Part shown: piece by piece, positions 16,203 to 25,026 of the stretch | Position numbering within the stretch: position 1 is the first letter of the stretch | Layout: the number at the start of each line of letters is the position of its first letter | From: Candidatus Altimarinota bacterium | Lineage (GTDB): Bacteria; Patescibacteriota; Gracilibacteria; UBA1369 | Direction of reading: 5' to 3' | NCBI GenBank assembly: GCA_041659405.1 | Contig: JBAZYK010000003.1 | Span: forward strand, 1-32,000 | DNA length: 32,000 nt | Notes under the pieces: model-generated | Told to the model about the DNA's origin: nothing | Seen by the model: only the letters and a program-made list of their open reading frames with translations | Databases searched by the model: none | Program-made: the position numbers and the translations under genes

Positions 16203-17285
16203 ATGACCTACTTAATGCCCGCAGAATGGGAAAAACATGAAGGAACCTGGCTTGCCTGGCCTCATAATCAAAGTCATTGGCCCGGCAAATTTGAACCAAT
16301 TCCTTTAATTTTTGCCGAAATTGTCCGCACGCTTGCCGAAAGCGAAAAGGTTTTCATCTGCGTGAATGATCAAAAAATGGAAGATTCCGCCCGTGAAATT
16401 TTGACCAAAGCCAGCCTGGAAAAAACTGTAGCGCCAAACGACAACCCGACCAACACCGCAGCAAAAAGCGCCAATACCAACCTAATGGCCAACGTTTTTT
16501 TTCATCAAATTCCAACTGATTCTTCCTGGGCGCGAGACATTGGCCCCATTTTTGTTCGTGATCTTGAAACCAATAAATTAATTATCACCGACTGGGTTTT
16601 TAACGCCTGGGGCAACAAATACAAACCATATAATCAGGATAACGTTGTTCCACAAATCATCGGCGAAATGTTCAGCATCCCGGTCATTGAACCGGGAATT
16701 GTTTTAGAAGGAGGATCAATCGACGTGAACGGAAAAGGCACGCTCCTTACCACCGAACAATGTCTGCTAAATAAAAATCGTAATCCAAATTTAAATCGCA
16801 CCGCCATTGAAGGTTATCTAAAAAAATACCTAGGGGTCACAAACGTTTTATGGCTTAAAGAAGGAATTATTGGCGACGACACCGACGGCCACATCGACGA
16901 CATTGGCCGCTTTGTAAATCCAACAACTGTTGTCTGCGCACTGGAAGAAAATCCCCAAGATGAAAATTACAAAATTCTGCAAACCTGCTTTCAGGATCTG
17001 CAAAAAATGAAAGATCAGGATGGCAATCCATTAAAAGTTATTGCTTTGCCAATGCCAAATCCTGTTATTCATGAAGGCCAAAGGTTGCCCGCAAGTTACG
17101 CCAACTTTTACATCGCCAACAAAGTTGTCATCGTTCCAACTTTCAAATGTCCCCAAGATGAAAAAGCCTTAAGCATTTTAAAAAATCTTTTTCCGGACCG
17201 AAAAATTATTGGCATCGACTGCACTGATCTTATTTGGGGCCTTGGGACGTTTCACTGCTCCACTCAACAACAACCAATCGCTTAA
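16203..17285 (+). CDS. aguA: agmatine deiminase
   Basis: MPAEWEKHEGTWLAWPH, SWARDIGPIFV, GGSIDVNGKGTLLTTEQCLLN, DTDGHIDD, C-terminal GTFHCSTQQQP (catalytic Cys). Confidence 0.92.
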   Translation: MTYLMPAEWEKHEGTWLAWPHNQSHWPGKFEPIPLIFAEIVRTLAESEKVFICVNDQKMEDSAREILTKASLEKTVAPNDNPTNTAAKSANTNLMANVFFHQIPTDSSWARDIGPIFVRDLETNKLIITDWVFNAWGNKYKPYNQDNVVPQIIGEMFSIPVIEPGIVLEGGSIDVNGKGTLLTTEQCLLNKNRNPNLNRTAIEGYLKKYLGVTNVLWLKEGIIGDDTDGHIDDIGRFVNPTTVVCALEENPQDENYKILQTCFQDLQKMKDQDGNPLKVIALPMPNPVIHEGQRLPASYANFYIANKVVIVPTFKCPQDEKALSILKNLFPDRKIIGIDCTDLIWGLGTFHCSTQQQPIA

Positions 17286-17312
17286 AAAAACTATAAAAAA
17301 ACAAAAAAATCC

Positions 17313-17341
17313 TTGCACTTTATACTAAAATTTGATAAAAA
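17313..17341 (+). promoter_or_regulatory. candidate internal promoter upstream of speA
   Basis: TTGCAC (17313-17318), 17-nt spacer ending in TGa, TAAAAA (17336-17341). Confidence 0.3.
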
Positions 17342-17389
17342 CAGAGTTACGGAAAAAGAATTTTATTTCTTATCTTTTCCACACTAGAA

Positions 17390-18775
17390 TTGAAAAAAAC
17401 TAAGCGGCCCCCCGCGAAAAATTACAAGAAAATTTGGAAACTGGGACAGAAAGAATTCAACACTGAATACTTTGATATCAACAAAGACGGAGAATTGGTG
17501 ATACATGAAGGAAATTACCAGTACAACGTTTACGATCTGGCACGTAAATTTGGCTCTTCCGTAGAAATTTTCATGCCTTTTATTATTGAAGAAAGACTTA
17601 GTCACATTTATAAAGTGGCTAATTTTAATATCAAAAGAGTCGGCTATAAAGGAAAATTCACTTACCACTTTCCAATTAAGGTAAACCAAAACAAAGAAGC
17701 CATGTTGGCTCTTCTTTCCGAAGGTGCGCATCTGGAAGCATCTTCCGCCAACCATCTTTGGATTGTGAAAAAACTTTGGATGAACGAAAACTTTAATTCC
17801 AAATTACGTGTTGTCTGCAATGGCGCAAAAACTCCCGAATACATGAATTTAATCAAAGAACTTAAAAGCCTTGGTCTTGGCATTATTCCGATCATCGAAA
17901 GTCTGGAAGAAATGAAAAACATCAAGGGTTTTACCGGAGACACAGGCATCCGCATCAATTTAAAGACCCGCGTAAAATCACACTGGGACAAAAAAATAGA
18001 CCAATTCGGGCTGAATCTTGATGAGATTTTGTCTTTGGGAAGAATCCGCAATTTAAAACTTCTGCATTATCATCTTGGAACCCAAATTGAAGTTGAAAAC
18101 GACATTCTTAAAGCCCTGCGTGAAGGTTTTGATGCCTACGTAAAAATCCGTGAAAAAAATCCTTCACTGGACACCCTGAATATTGGCGGCGGTTTTGCGA
18201 TTCCTCATGAAAAGAAAAAACTTTACAGCGTTGAATCCGTGCTCGCGCGTGTTTTCAAAAACCTGAAAGTCTGGTCGGAAAAAGCCGGAATTCCTCATCC
18301 AAATATCATTGTTGAATGGGGACAATATGTTACCGGCCCGGCTCAATTATCCGTTTACAAAATAGTTGCCTCCAAAGAAATCCCCAAAGGTGTGGCCAAA
18401 GAATGGTATCTGATTGATGGCAGCTTTATGAATGATCTTTTGGACACCTGGTCAATTCACCAAAAATGGCATGTCGTACCTGTTAATCACATGGATGCCA
18501 AAGCCAGAAAACGCGTTTGGCTGGCAGGTATCAGTTGCGATTCCGACGACAAATACACCGGAAACGATTATTTGCTGCTCCCCCGTTTGGAAGATTTTGA
18601 AGAAAATGAAAATGCTTATTTGGGAGTTCTGGATACCGGCGCTTACCAGGACAGTTTTACTTCACATCACTGCTTTCTTTCTTCACCAACCAAGGTCGTT
18701 CTGCAAAACGGAATTGTAACCGTTGCCAGAAAACGCGAATCCCCGGAAGACGTTGGCAAATTATTTGGCTGGTAA
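17390..18775 (+). CDS. speA: compact SpeA-like PLP-dependent arginine decarboxylase (alanine-racemase-fold decarboxylase)
   Basis: FPIKVNQNKEAMLALL..LEASSANHL (PLP-Lys motif of the SpeA type), LNIGGGFAIP, GISCDSDDKY, GAYQDSF. At 461 aa it is much shorter than E. coli SpeA. TTG start; the next Met is 61 codons in. Arginine specificity is inferred from the KVNQ/CDSD motifs and the aguA/aguB neighbours. Confidence 0.78.
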   Translation: MKKTKRPPAKNYKKIWKLGQKEFNTEYFDINKDGELVIHEGNYQYNVYDLARKFGSSVEIFMPFIIEERLSHIYKVANFNIKRVGYKGKFTYHFPIKVNQNKEAMLALLSEGAHLEASSANHLWIVKKLWMNENFNSKLRVVCNGAKTPEYMNLIKELKSLGLGIIPIIESLEEMKNIKGFTGDTGIRINLKTRVKSHWDKKIDQFGLNLDEILSLGRIRNLKLLHYHLGTQIEVENDILKALREGFDAYVKIREKNPSLDTLNIGGGFAIPHEKKKLYSVESVLARVFKNLKVWSEKAGIPHPNIIVEWGQYVTGPAQLSVYKIVASKEIPKGVAKEWYLIDGSFMNDLLDTWSIHQKWHVVPVNHMDAKARKRVWLAGISCDSDDKYTGNDYLLLPRLEDFEENENAYLGVLDTGAYQDSFTSHHCFLSSPTKVVLQNGIVTVARKRESPEDVGKLFGW

Positions 18776-18811
18776 GAGGCTTATCAAAAAGCAAAAAAGG
18801 CCTTCCCAAAA

Positions 18812-18850
18812 TTAGGCAAATTGACATTCAAATCTTTATAATGCTAAATG
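18812..18850 (+). promoter_or_regulatory. promoter region upstream of the TrmB-like gene (overlapping -35/-10-like hexamers)
   Basis: TTGACA 18821-18826 and perfect TATAAT 18837-18842 are only 10 nt apart, so they cannot be one promoter. Option 1: TTGACA + 17-18 nt + CTAAAT/TAAATG (18844-18850), with TGc extended. Option 2: TTAGGC (18812-18817) + 19 nt + TATAAT. Confidence 0.4.
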
Positions 18851-18881
18851 GAGGTAGTACTTTCTGATCCCCGCAGAAAGC

Positions 18882-19742
18882 ATGAAACAACTCGTCCAAA
18901 CGCTTCAGGAATTTGGTTTAAACCAAAAAGAAGCAGAGACATACTGCGTGCTTTTGAGTATCGGCACAAATGCCGCCAGTACGATTGCCAGAAAAGCCGC
19001 GATTAATCGTAGCAGCTGCTATAACAACCTCGAGAAACTGATTCACAAAGGCTTTGTTCAACAAATCATCAAATCCAATGTGAACTATTTTTCGGCAATC
19101 GAGCCGAATCTGATTATGGAAAAAATGAAGGGCAAACAATATGATCTCCAAAGCAAAATAGATCATCTGGGGCTTTTAATGCACGATTTTGAGAATATTA
19201 GAAATATCAATACCGACAATTCCAAAGTCAATTTTTATCAGGGAACGGAAGGCATTTTAAACATTATGGAAGATACCTTAACTTCACGTGAATTTTTAAG
19301 AGCCTACGCCACTTTGGAAGAACTTAAGGGAATTTCACCAAATTATTTTACCAAATATTATCAAAGAAGAGTGGAAAAAGGTATCAGCGTTAAATCGGTC
19401 TATCCCGGCACTTTTGAAGCCTACTACCACAAATTAAGAGACAAGAGTGAAATGCGCGAAAGCCGCCTGGTTCCTCTTGAATATGATTTTCATCTGGATA
19501 TTTTAATTTATGATAACAAGGTCGCCATCACTTCACTTACGGAAAAATTTGGCATTCTAATCGAGAATCAAAAAATTGCCGATGCTCAAAAAAAGATTTT
19601 TGACCTGATGTGGAAATCCAGCAAAAAATATGATCTAAAAATCACCAGACGCATTAAAAAACTTCTATCAAAAAGGCCCCATTCAAGTCTGAAGGGGGCC
19701 TTAAAGTCAAAACCAATCTCTGTTAAAAAGGAAACTATTTAA
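18882..19742 (+). CDS. TrmB-family winged-helix transcriptional regulator
   Basis: N-terminal LQEFGLNQKEAETYCVLLSIGTNAASTIARKAAINRSSCYNNLEKLIHKGFV is the TrmB HTH signature. A C-terminal sensor-like domain follows. Confidence 0.75.
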   Translation: MKQLVQTLQEFGLNQKEAETYCVLLSIGTNAASTIARKAAINRSSCYNNLEKLIHKGFVQQIIKSNVNYFSAIEPNLIMEKMKGKQYDLQSKIDHLGLLMHDFENIRNINTDNSKVNFYQGTEGILNIMEDTLTSREFLRAYATLEELKGISPNYFTKYYQRRVEKGISVKSVYPGTFEAYYHKLRDKSEMRESRLVPLEYDFHLDILIYDNKVAITSLTEKFGILIENQKIADAQKKIFDLMWKSSKKYDLKITRRIKKLLSKRPHSSLKGALKSKPISVKKETI

Positions 19743-20784
19743 CTACCGGAGTTTTAACCGGAGTCTTTGCAGGCACAGGCTCTGTTTGTTCAAGGTCGGT
19801 TTCACTTAAATCCACGGAATCTCCACCACCTACAAAATCCAACAATGAAGTCATTGAAAAGTCTGTAGCATCCGCAGGAACCGCAACTGTAACAGGTTTG
19901 TTGAAATCACCAAGACTAAAATCTACTGTTATCGGGCCACTTGGATCAGTTGCCGCACCAGGCAAAACAAGCTTCACACTAACCCTGTTAAGAGTGGCAC
20001 TTGAATTACCTACCCATAAATCAAAAGAAGTATCTGGAAATTTGCTGAAAGAATCCTGCATGTCCTTATAATCCGCATCAGAAACCGGTGATCCCTGAAT
20101 TGCACTAACCTGTCTTAAAAAGTTCAACAAAGCATCTTTATCCAAAGTTGTAGTATAACGGCTGCTTGCCTCACCTTTAACAGTATCTGTCCCTGCTAAA
20201 ACCGGATTTTTAAAGAAAGCCGTTTGATCAAAAAGTTCTTTCGTCTTCTTTTCTTCAGGTGTCATTTTTGATTGATCCTGCCCACTTACGCTGTTGGAAA
20301 TATTTTTCAAAGTGTCCGCGACGCTCTTCATGGTATCCACCGGCATTGGAAATTTATACCATTTTGCAACATATTGATCTGTCATTGTCTTAGGCAAGAG
20401 AACCTCGCCGGTTGTAGCCAATTTGCTGATCAACGCATAAAGCGTATTTTTATCTAAACGTACTTCAAAAGATCCGGTACCGCCATTTCCATCCTCATCA
20501 AAACCACCATCGCCTTTAAAATTTAAAATAAGATTATTTGGATCTTTACCATCAAACGCAAAAGCTGCATTAAGATTAAAGGCCATTTTTGCAGGTGCCT
20601 GTCCTTCAGGACCCTTTAAATCTGCGGCCACTGTTCCATCAAGACTGTAAGAACTAACTTTAAACAAATTTGTAATTCCATCTTTAATCGCGAGAGCAGG
20701 TGCTTTTTGGTTATTGCAGCCGGCTAGAAAAAGGGACATGGCCAACACGGCAACACCTCCCCACACGAAAAGTCTTTTTTGCAT
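19735..20784 (-). CDS. lipoprotein of unknown function
   Basis: Signal peptide with a perfect lipobox (MSLFLAG-C). 349 aa, soluble, D/G/T-rich. C-terminal PVPAKTPVKTPVVK tail. The stop overlaps the trmB-like stop region by 8 bp. Confidence 0.75.
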   Translation of the reverse strand: MQKRLFVWGGVAVLAMSLFLAGCNNQKAPALAIKDGITNLFKVSSYSLDGTVAADLKGPEGQAPAKMAFNLNAAFAFDGKDPNNLILNFKGDGGFDEDGNGGTGSFEVRLDKNTLYALISKLATTGEVLLPKTMTDQYVAKWYKFPMPVDTMKSVADTLKNISNSVSGQDQSKMTPEEKKTKELFDQTAFFKNPVLAGTDTVKGEASSRYTTTLDKDALLNFLRQVSAIQGSPVSDADYKDMQDSFSKFPDTSFDLWVGNSSATLNRVSVKLVLPGAATDPSGPITVDFSLGDFNKPVTVAVPADATDFSMTSLLDFVGGGDSVDLSETDLEQTEPVPAKTPVKTPVVK

Positions 20785-20937
20785 GTGAAATATTTTTTAA
20801 AAAATAAAAACGCATAAATACTATAGGCATTGATCTTAAAAAGTCAAACCACAAACTGGATAAAAATTCAAATGAACTTAAACTTGTAATTTAAAACCAA
20901 TTAAGGCATTTTTATAAGCACAAATATCAAAATTTTT

Positions 20938-23493
20938 ATGAAAAAAAGAATTACTGCTTTCCTGGTCGTGCTGGTTTTATCAAATATGCTTACCCCCGGC
21001 CTTTCCAGTGCAAGTATTTTTTCCGATGTACCGAATAACGATCCACATCTGATCGCAATTGAATACCTTAAAGCAAAAGGAATCATCCAAGGATATCCGG
21101 ATGGAACTTTTCAACCCGACCGCGTAGTTTCACGCGTGGAATTTTTAAAACTCGCTTTAGAAACCTATAATATCCAGACTGATGTTACCGCTCCATCGGG
21201 CTTTAAAGATGTCGATGAAAATGCCTGGTATGCGCCTTATGTAAAAAAAGCCAAGCAACAAGGATGGATTCAGGGATACCCGGATGGCACTTTTAAACCG
21301 GCACAGGATGTAAACAAAGTCGAAGGTATCAAAATGCTCGGCAAAATTGCCGGTTGGGCTGTCGCACAAAACATCACCGACGCTGAAAAACCTTTTTTAG
21401 ATACGGCCGCAGATGCCTGGTACACACCTTATATACTCTACGCAAAACAAAAAAACTTTCTGGAAGATCGTGGCCAATATTTTATTCCAAGTGCCAGTTT
21501 ATTCCGCGGACAAGTCAGTGAAATTCTTTTTAGAAATCTGATCACCGATGAAACTAAAAATACCGTTTTCACCGACGACCTTAAAACCTACGCTCTCCAA
21601 CATTTACCTGTTGCGCCTGTAATAACGGAACCTCCGGCACAAACTCCGCCACCAACACAAACTCCGCCGCCAACACAAACCCTACCACCTCCTCCAACTC
21701 CAAATTTTGAAAGCGTCACTTATCAAACCTATCAACCGGGTTTCTTTGATAACATCACCCTAAACGACACTTTCCCCAACGTTTTTTATGTTAACGAGGT
21801 TTATTATTTGGAAGGATCAATTAAGACCGGAACGTATCAAAAAGCCTTTGCCTTCCTTAAAAATTCCGCAGATTCCACCATCCAAAATTTTGCAACCGAC
21901 GTTACCAACAACACTTTCAAAATCCGCGTCATTTTTAAAAATGCCGGAAATTACAGTCTGGGCATTATCCCCGGCGAATCCGGCCAAAGCAAAATAGTAC
22001 CAATATCTGTAGTTGCCGCACTACCAAATCCCGGAGCGCAAACCAACACGCAAACTCCCGCCAATCAAAAAGTTGAATACAAAAATCAACAAACAACTTT
22101 TTCCTGGGATAATGGAACAAACAATTTAAGCGAACTTATAATCAGCCAGGACAACCAGTCCAAAACTTACTTTTTCCGCCAAAACAAAAACAGTTTCAAC
22201 ATTGATTACAATGATTTTAGCAATTTTCATAATGGAACCGTTAATTTCCAGATTAAGACGGCCAAATCAAACCAAATCAAACCGCTTAGTATAGACACTC
22301 CATGGATCACAGGCGCAAATTCAAACTTCACCACAACAACTCATACTTTTAGTGAAATTCACAGTGACCAAATAACCTATAATACACTTCCGGAAACACT
22401 CAACAGCCCGGGATTAATTAGTCTTACCGGAACGGCCAAGACCGACATTTTCCAGGAAGCCGCTGTGACCAAACCAAATGGCCTGGTCGAGATTGTGCCT
22501 TTAATAACCAATCAACCAACAACGGATTATTATGGTTCCAAAATTATAGCTTCCGGAAACAACTACACCTTTAATTATAATGCCACCCAGTCCGGCACTT
22601 ATATTGTGGAAATTAACGGCAAAAATGGCGCCGCAGTCATCAACACACCGGTTTATATCCAACAGGGAATCCCCTTCATTCCGGATTTTTTTGATCTGAT
22701 TAATTCGGAGCAACCACTCACCGATTTCAACTTAAACAATCTTCGCGATCAACTTTTAAATCTGATAAATCAGGAAAGAACAACTGTTGGATTTAAAACA
22801 ATCAATGCCGATACCGACCTTAATACTCTCGCTCAAAATCATGCCAATGATATGGTCGCAAGAAACTTTTTTGGCCACGTTAACCCTGACGGCAAAACGC
22901 CCAATGATCGTCGTCTGGCTTTAAATATTCCAACCGAAGTCGGAGAAAATCTGGCAAAATCCCCAAACTTACTTTATGCACATTATGGCTTAATGAGGAG
23001 CCCCGAACACCGGAAAAACATTCTGGATCAGGACTGGGAAAGAGTCGGCCTTGGCATAGCCAAAGATAGTGACGGCGGAATTTTAGTGGTGGAAGAATTC
23101 TCTAGCTATCCTTTGACCCCGGAAAAACTCGCCACTGTCAAAACCGATCTGCTTACAACAATCAATAACAAACGAGCCGCTGCCGGAACAGGTTTACTCA
23201 CAACTGATGCCACATTGACTTCCGTTGCCGACCAATGGACCAATAACATGATTCAACAAAACTTTTTTGACTTCACGGCTCCGGACGGCAGCTCGTTAAC
23301 TTCCCTGCTTCAAAAATCAGGCATCAGCAAAGCCGTACAAATTCTTATTCTGGAATCAAGCAGTACTCAAAAAATTTCCGACCAACTTTCAGGCGCCACC
23401 GATAGTTCAAATCCAAAATGGAGTACAATCGGCCTTGGATTAAATGTCGACAACACGGGGTTGTTGGTATTAACTGCACTTTATTCAAATTAA
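20938..23493 (+). CDS. cell-wall-anchored protein: signal peptide + 3 SLH repeats + PT linker + N/T-rich beta region + 2 CAP/SCP (YkwD-like) domains
   Basis: SLH repeats: FSDVPNNDPHLIAIEYLKAKGIIQGYPDGTFQPD, FKDVDENAWYAPYVKKAKQQGWIQGYPDGTFKP, FLDTAADAWYTPYILYAKQKNFL. CAP 1: LINQERTTVG...AQNHANDMVARNFFGHVNPDGKTPNDR...MRSPEHRKNIL. CAP 2 is degenerate (INNKRAAAG...NFFDFTAPDG). Confidence 0.85.
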   Translation: MKKRITAFLVVLVLSNMLTPGLSSASIFSDVPNNDPHLIAIEYLKAKGIIQGYPDGTFQPDRVVSRVEFLKLALETYNIQTDVTAPSGFKDVDENAWYAPYVKKAKQQGWIQGYPDGTFKPAQDVNKVEGIKMLGKIAGWAVAQNITDAEKPFLDTAADAWYTPYILYAKQKNFLEDRGQYFIPSASLFRGQVSEILFRNLITDETKNTVFTDDLKTYALQHLPVAPVITEPPAQTPPPTQTPPPTQTLPPPPTPNFESVTYQTYQPGFFDNITLNDTFPNVFYVNEVYYLEGSIKTGTYQKAFAFLKNSADSTIQNFATDVTNNTFKIRVIFKNAGNYSLGIIPGESGQSKIVPISVVAALPNPGAQTNTQTPANQKVEYKNQQTTFSWDNGTNNLSELIISQDNQSKTYFFRQNKNSFNIDYNDFSNFHNGTVNFQIKTAKSNQIKPLSIDTPWITGANSNFTTTTHTFSEIHSDQITYNTLPETLNSPGLISLTGTAKTDIFQEAAVTKPNGLVEIVPLITNQPTTDYYGSKIIASGNNYTFNYNATQSGTYIVEINGKNGAAVINTPVYIQQGIPFIPDFFDLINSEQPLTDFNLNNLRDQLLNLINQERTTVGFKTINADTDLNTLAQNHANDMVARNFFGHVNPDGKTPNDRRLALNIPTEVGENLAKSPNLLYAHYGLMRSPEHRKNILDQDWERVGLGIAKDSDGGILVVEEFSSYPLTPEKLATVKTDLLTTINNKRAAAGTGLLTTDATLTSVADQWTNNMIQQNFFDFTAPDGSSLTSLLQKSGISKAVQILILESSSTQKISDQLSGATDSSNPKWSTIGLGLNVDNTGLLVLTALYSN
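21637..21690 (+). repeat. in-frame 18-bp tandem repeat x3 (AQTPPP-TQTPPP-TQTLPP linker)
   Basis: gcacaaactccgccacca / acacaaactccgccgcca / acacaaaccctaccacct. Confidence 0.85.
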
Positions 23494-23532
23494 AATTAAA
23501 ATTCACTTTTTTTTCTGCCAGAAATCTCTAAA

Positions 23533-25026
23533 ATGGTATGGCTGTTCCAAACAGTTCAAAACACAATATCTAAAAATACAATAATGGATTTTAAACAACA
23601 ACCGGTCAATCAAGAAAAGACTCAAAAAGCGGTAATCGCCGGAGGTCTTATCATTATCGTCGTCCTTTTATATGCAATTTACATTCTGATTAAAAGTCTG
23701 GATTTTTCAGGAATAATTTTCTCTTTTGGTAGAAGTTTAAGAGTTGATGAAAATGGGCACACCAATATTTTGCTTGCGGGTCTTGGCGGTGAAGGCCACG
23801 ATGGCGGTGAATTAACGGATTCAATCATTGTCGCAAGTATCGATTACAATCAAAAAATAGTCCCGATGCTTTCAATCCCGCGTGATCTTTACGTAAAAAG
23901 TCAAAAATTGGATTCCGGCGAACGCATCAATGCGGTTTATTCCACAAGTAAAAAACAATTCAGTTCCAAAGAAGGAATGGAAGAATTAAAACAGGTTGTT
24001 TCAACTGTTACCGGAGTGCCAATTGATTATTATATCAAAATCGATTTTAAAGGTTTCAAAAAAATTATTGATAGTTTGGGAGGAGTGGACGTCATAGTCG
24101 AAAAAGATCTTTATGATCCATATTATCCGCTTGGTGAAACCGTTCAATATCAAACCTTTGCCATTAGTGCCGGCCCACATCATCTTGATGGAGAAACCGC
24201 TCTTAAATTTGCCCGCAGCCGTGAAACAACCAGCGACTTTGACCGTGCCCATCGCCAACAACAAATAATAACGGCAGTGCGTGAAAAAGCCCTTAGCCTT
24301 AACGTTTTAACCGATCCAACCAAAATTAAAGCCATTTATGATTCCGTCAATACAAGCATAGAAACCGATCTTTCCATCAACGAAATAATTGAACTGGCAA
24401 AAACCGCAAAAGATCTCGGCAAAGAAAGTACAATTTCCCGCGTTTTGACCGATAATCCGGTAGCTACGTGCGGCGCGTTACTTTATACTCCGGCAAAAGA
24501 TTTGTTTGGTGGAGCATCTGTGTTGCTTCCTGCGGGAAATACCTATGATTACATTCAACAATTCGCCACAAACTTTTTCAAAGATGGCAAAAAAGCCGAA
24601 GATCAATCGCCAATTCAAGTTCTTAATGGTACAAAAATTCCAAATCTGGCTACCGATGTTTTAAGTTATTTCAATCGCATTTGTTACAACGGAATTTTCT
24701 CGTGGAATGCCACAAACACAAATCTGGCCACGACAACAATTTATTATCAACCGGGCCCAAAAGGCGAAAAACCAGCGGCCCTGGAAGCCGTCACCAAAAT
24801 CTTACCCTACAAAGTCCAAAGTGGAATCCCACCCGAATATTTGGTTAATATTGGCAATGTTGATCGACAAAGCACCCGCATAGCAATTGAACTCGGCGCC
24901 GACTATCTGGATAAAAGAATTAAAGATCCATACAAACTGATTCCTTACGTGGCTCCGGCAAAAACTGACACAAGCGCCACTCAAACCCAAACCCAAACTC
25001 AAACAACTTCAACTCCTAAAAAATAA
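23533..25026 (+). CDS. LCP (LytR-CpsA-Psr) family glycopolymer-peptidoglycan ligase
   Basis: TM anchor, then NILLAGLGGEGHDGGELTDSIIVASID...LSIPRDLYV and ALKFARSRETTSDFDRAHRQQQIITAV. The C-terminal LytR_C-like region ends in (TQ)n. Alternative ATG at 23584 (MDFKQQ...). Confidence 0.88.
   Translation: MVWLFQTVQNTISKNTIMDFKQQPVNQEKTQKAVIAGGLIIIVVLLYAIYILIKSLDFSGIIFSFGRSLRVDENGHTNILLAGLGGEGHDGGELTDSIIVASIDYNQKIVPMLSIPRDLYVKSQKLDSGERINAVYSTSKKQFSSKEGMEELKQVVSTVTGVPIDYYIKIDFKGFKKIIDSLGGVDVIVEKDLYDPYYPLGETVQYQTFAISAGPHHLDGETALKFARSRETTSDFDRAHRQQQIITAVREKALSLNVLTDPTKIKAIYDSVNTSIETDLSINEIIELAKTAKDLGKESTISRVLTDNPVATCGALLYTPAKDLFGGASVLLPAGNTYDYIQQFATNFFKDGKKAEDQSPIQVLNGTKIPNLATDVLSYFNRICYNGIFSWNATNTNLATTTIYYQPGPKGEKPAALEAVTKILPYKVQSGIPPEYLVNIGNVDRQSTRIAIELGADYLDKRIKDPYKLIPYVAPAKTDTSATQTQTQTQTTSTPKK

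Noticed and set aside
14019-18051. Assorted long antisense or out-of-frame ORFs: 14019..14399, 15333..15581, 15598..15903, 15918..16175, 17384..17755, 17662..18051.
   Set aside because: Each lies inside a gene with strong family motifs on the other strand or frame (comEC, aguB, speA), and none has a recognisable motif.
18821-18842. Perfect TTGACA and perfect TATAAT close together, read as one ideal promoter.
   Set aside because: The spacer is only 10 nt, which is incompatible with a single sigma70 promoter. I kept it only as a region with two alternative pairings.
18848-19006. 52-codon alternative-frame ORF starting at ATG 18848, just before GGAGG, and overlapping the TrmB HTH region. Very basic product.
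   Set aside because: It is out of frame with a well-supported HTH-encoding gene. It has no SD at a proper distance of its own. Its composition is consistent with a frame-shifted read of the real gene.
24979-25005. (ACNCAA)n microsatellite-like stretch encoding TQTQTQTQT at the LCP C-terminus.
   Set aside because: It is a short in-frame low-complexity tail. It might vary in length between strains but is not a distinct feature.
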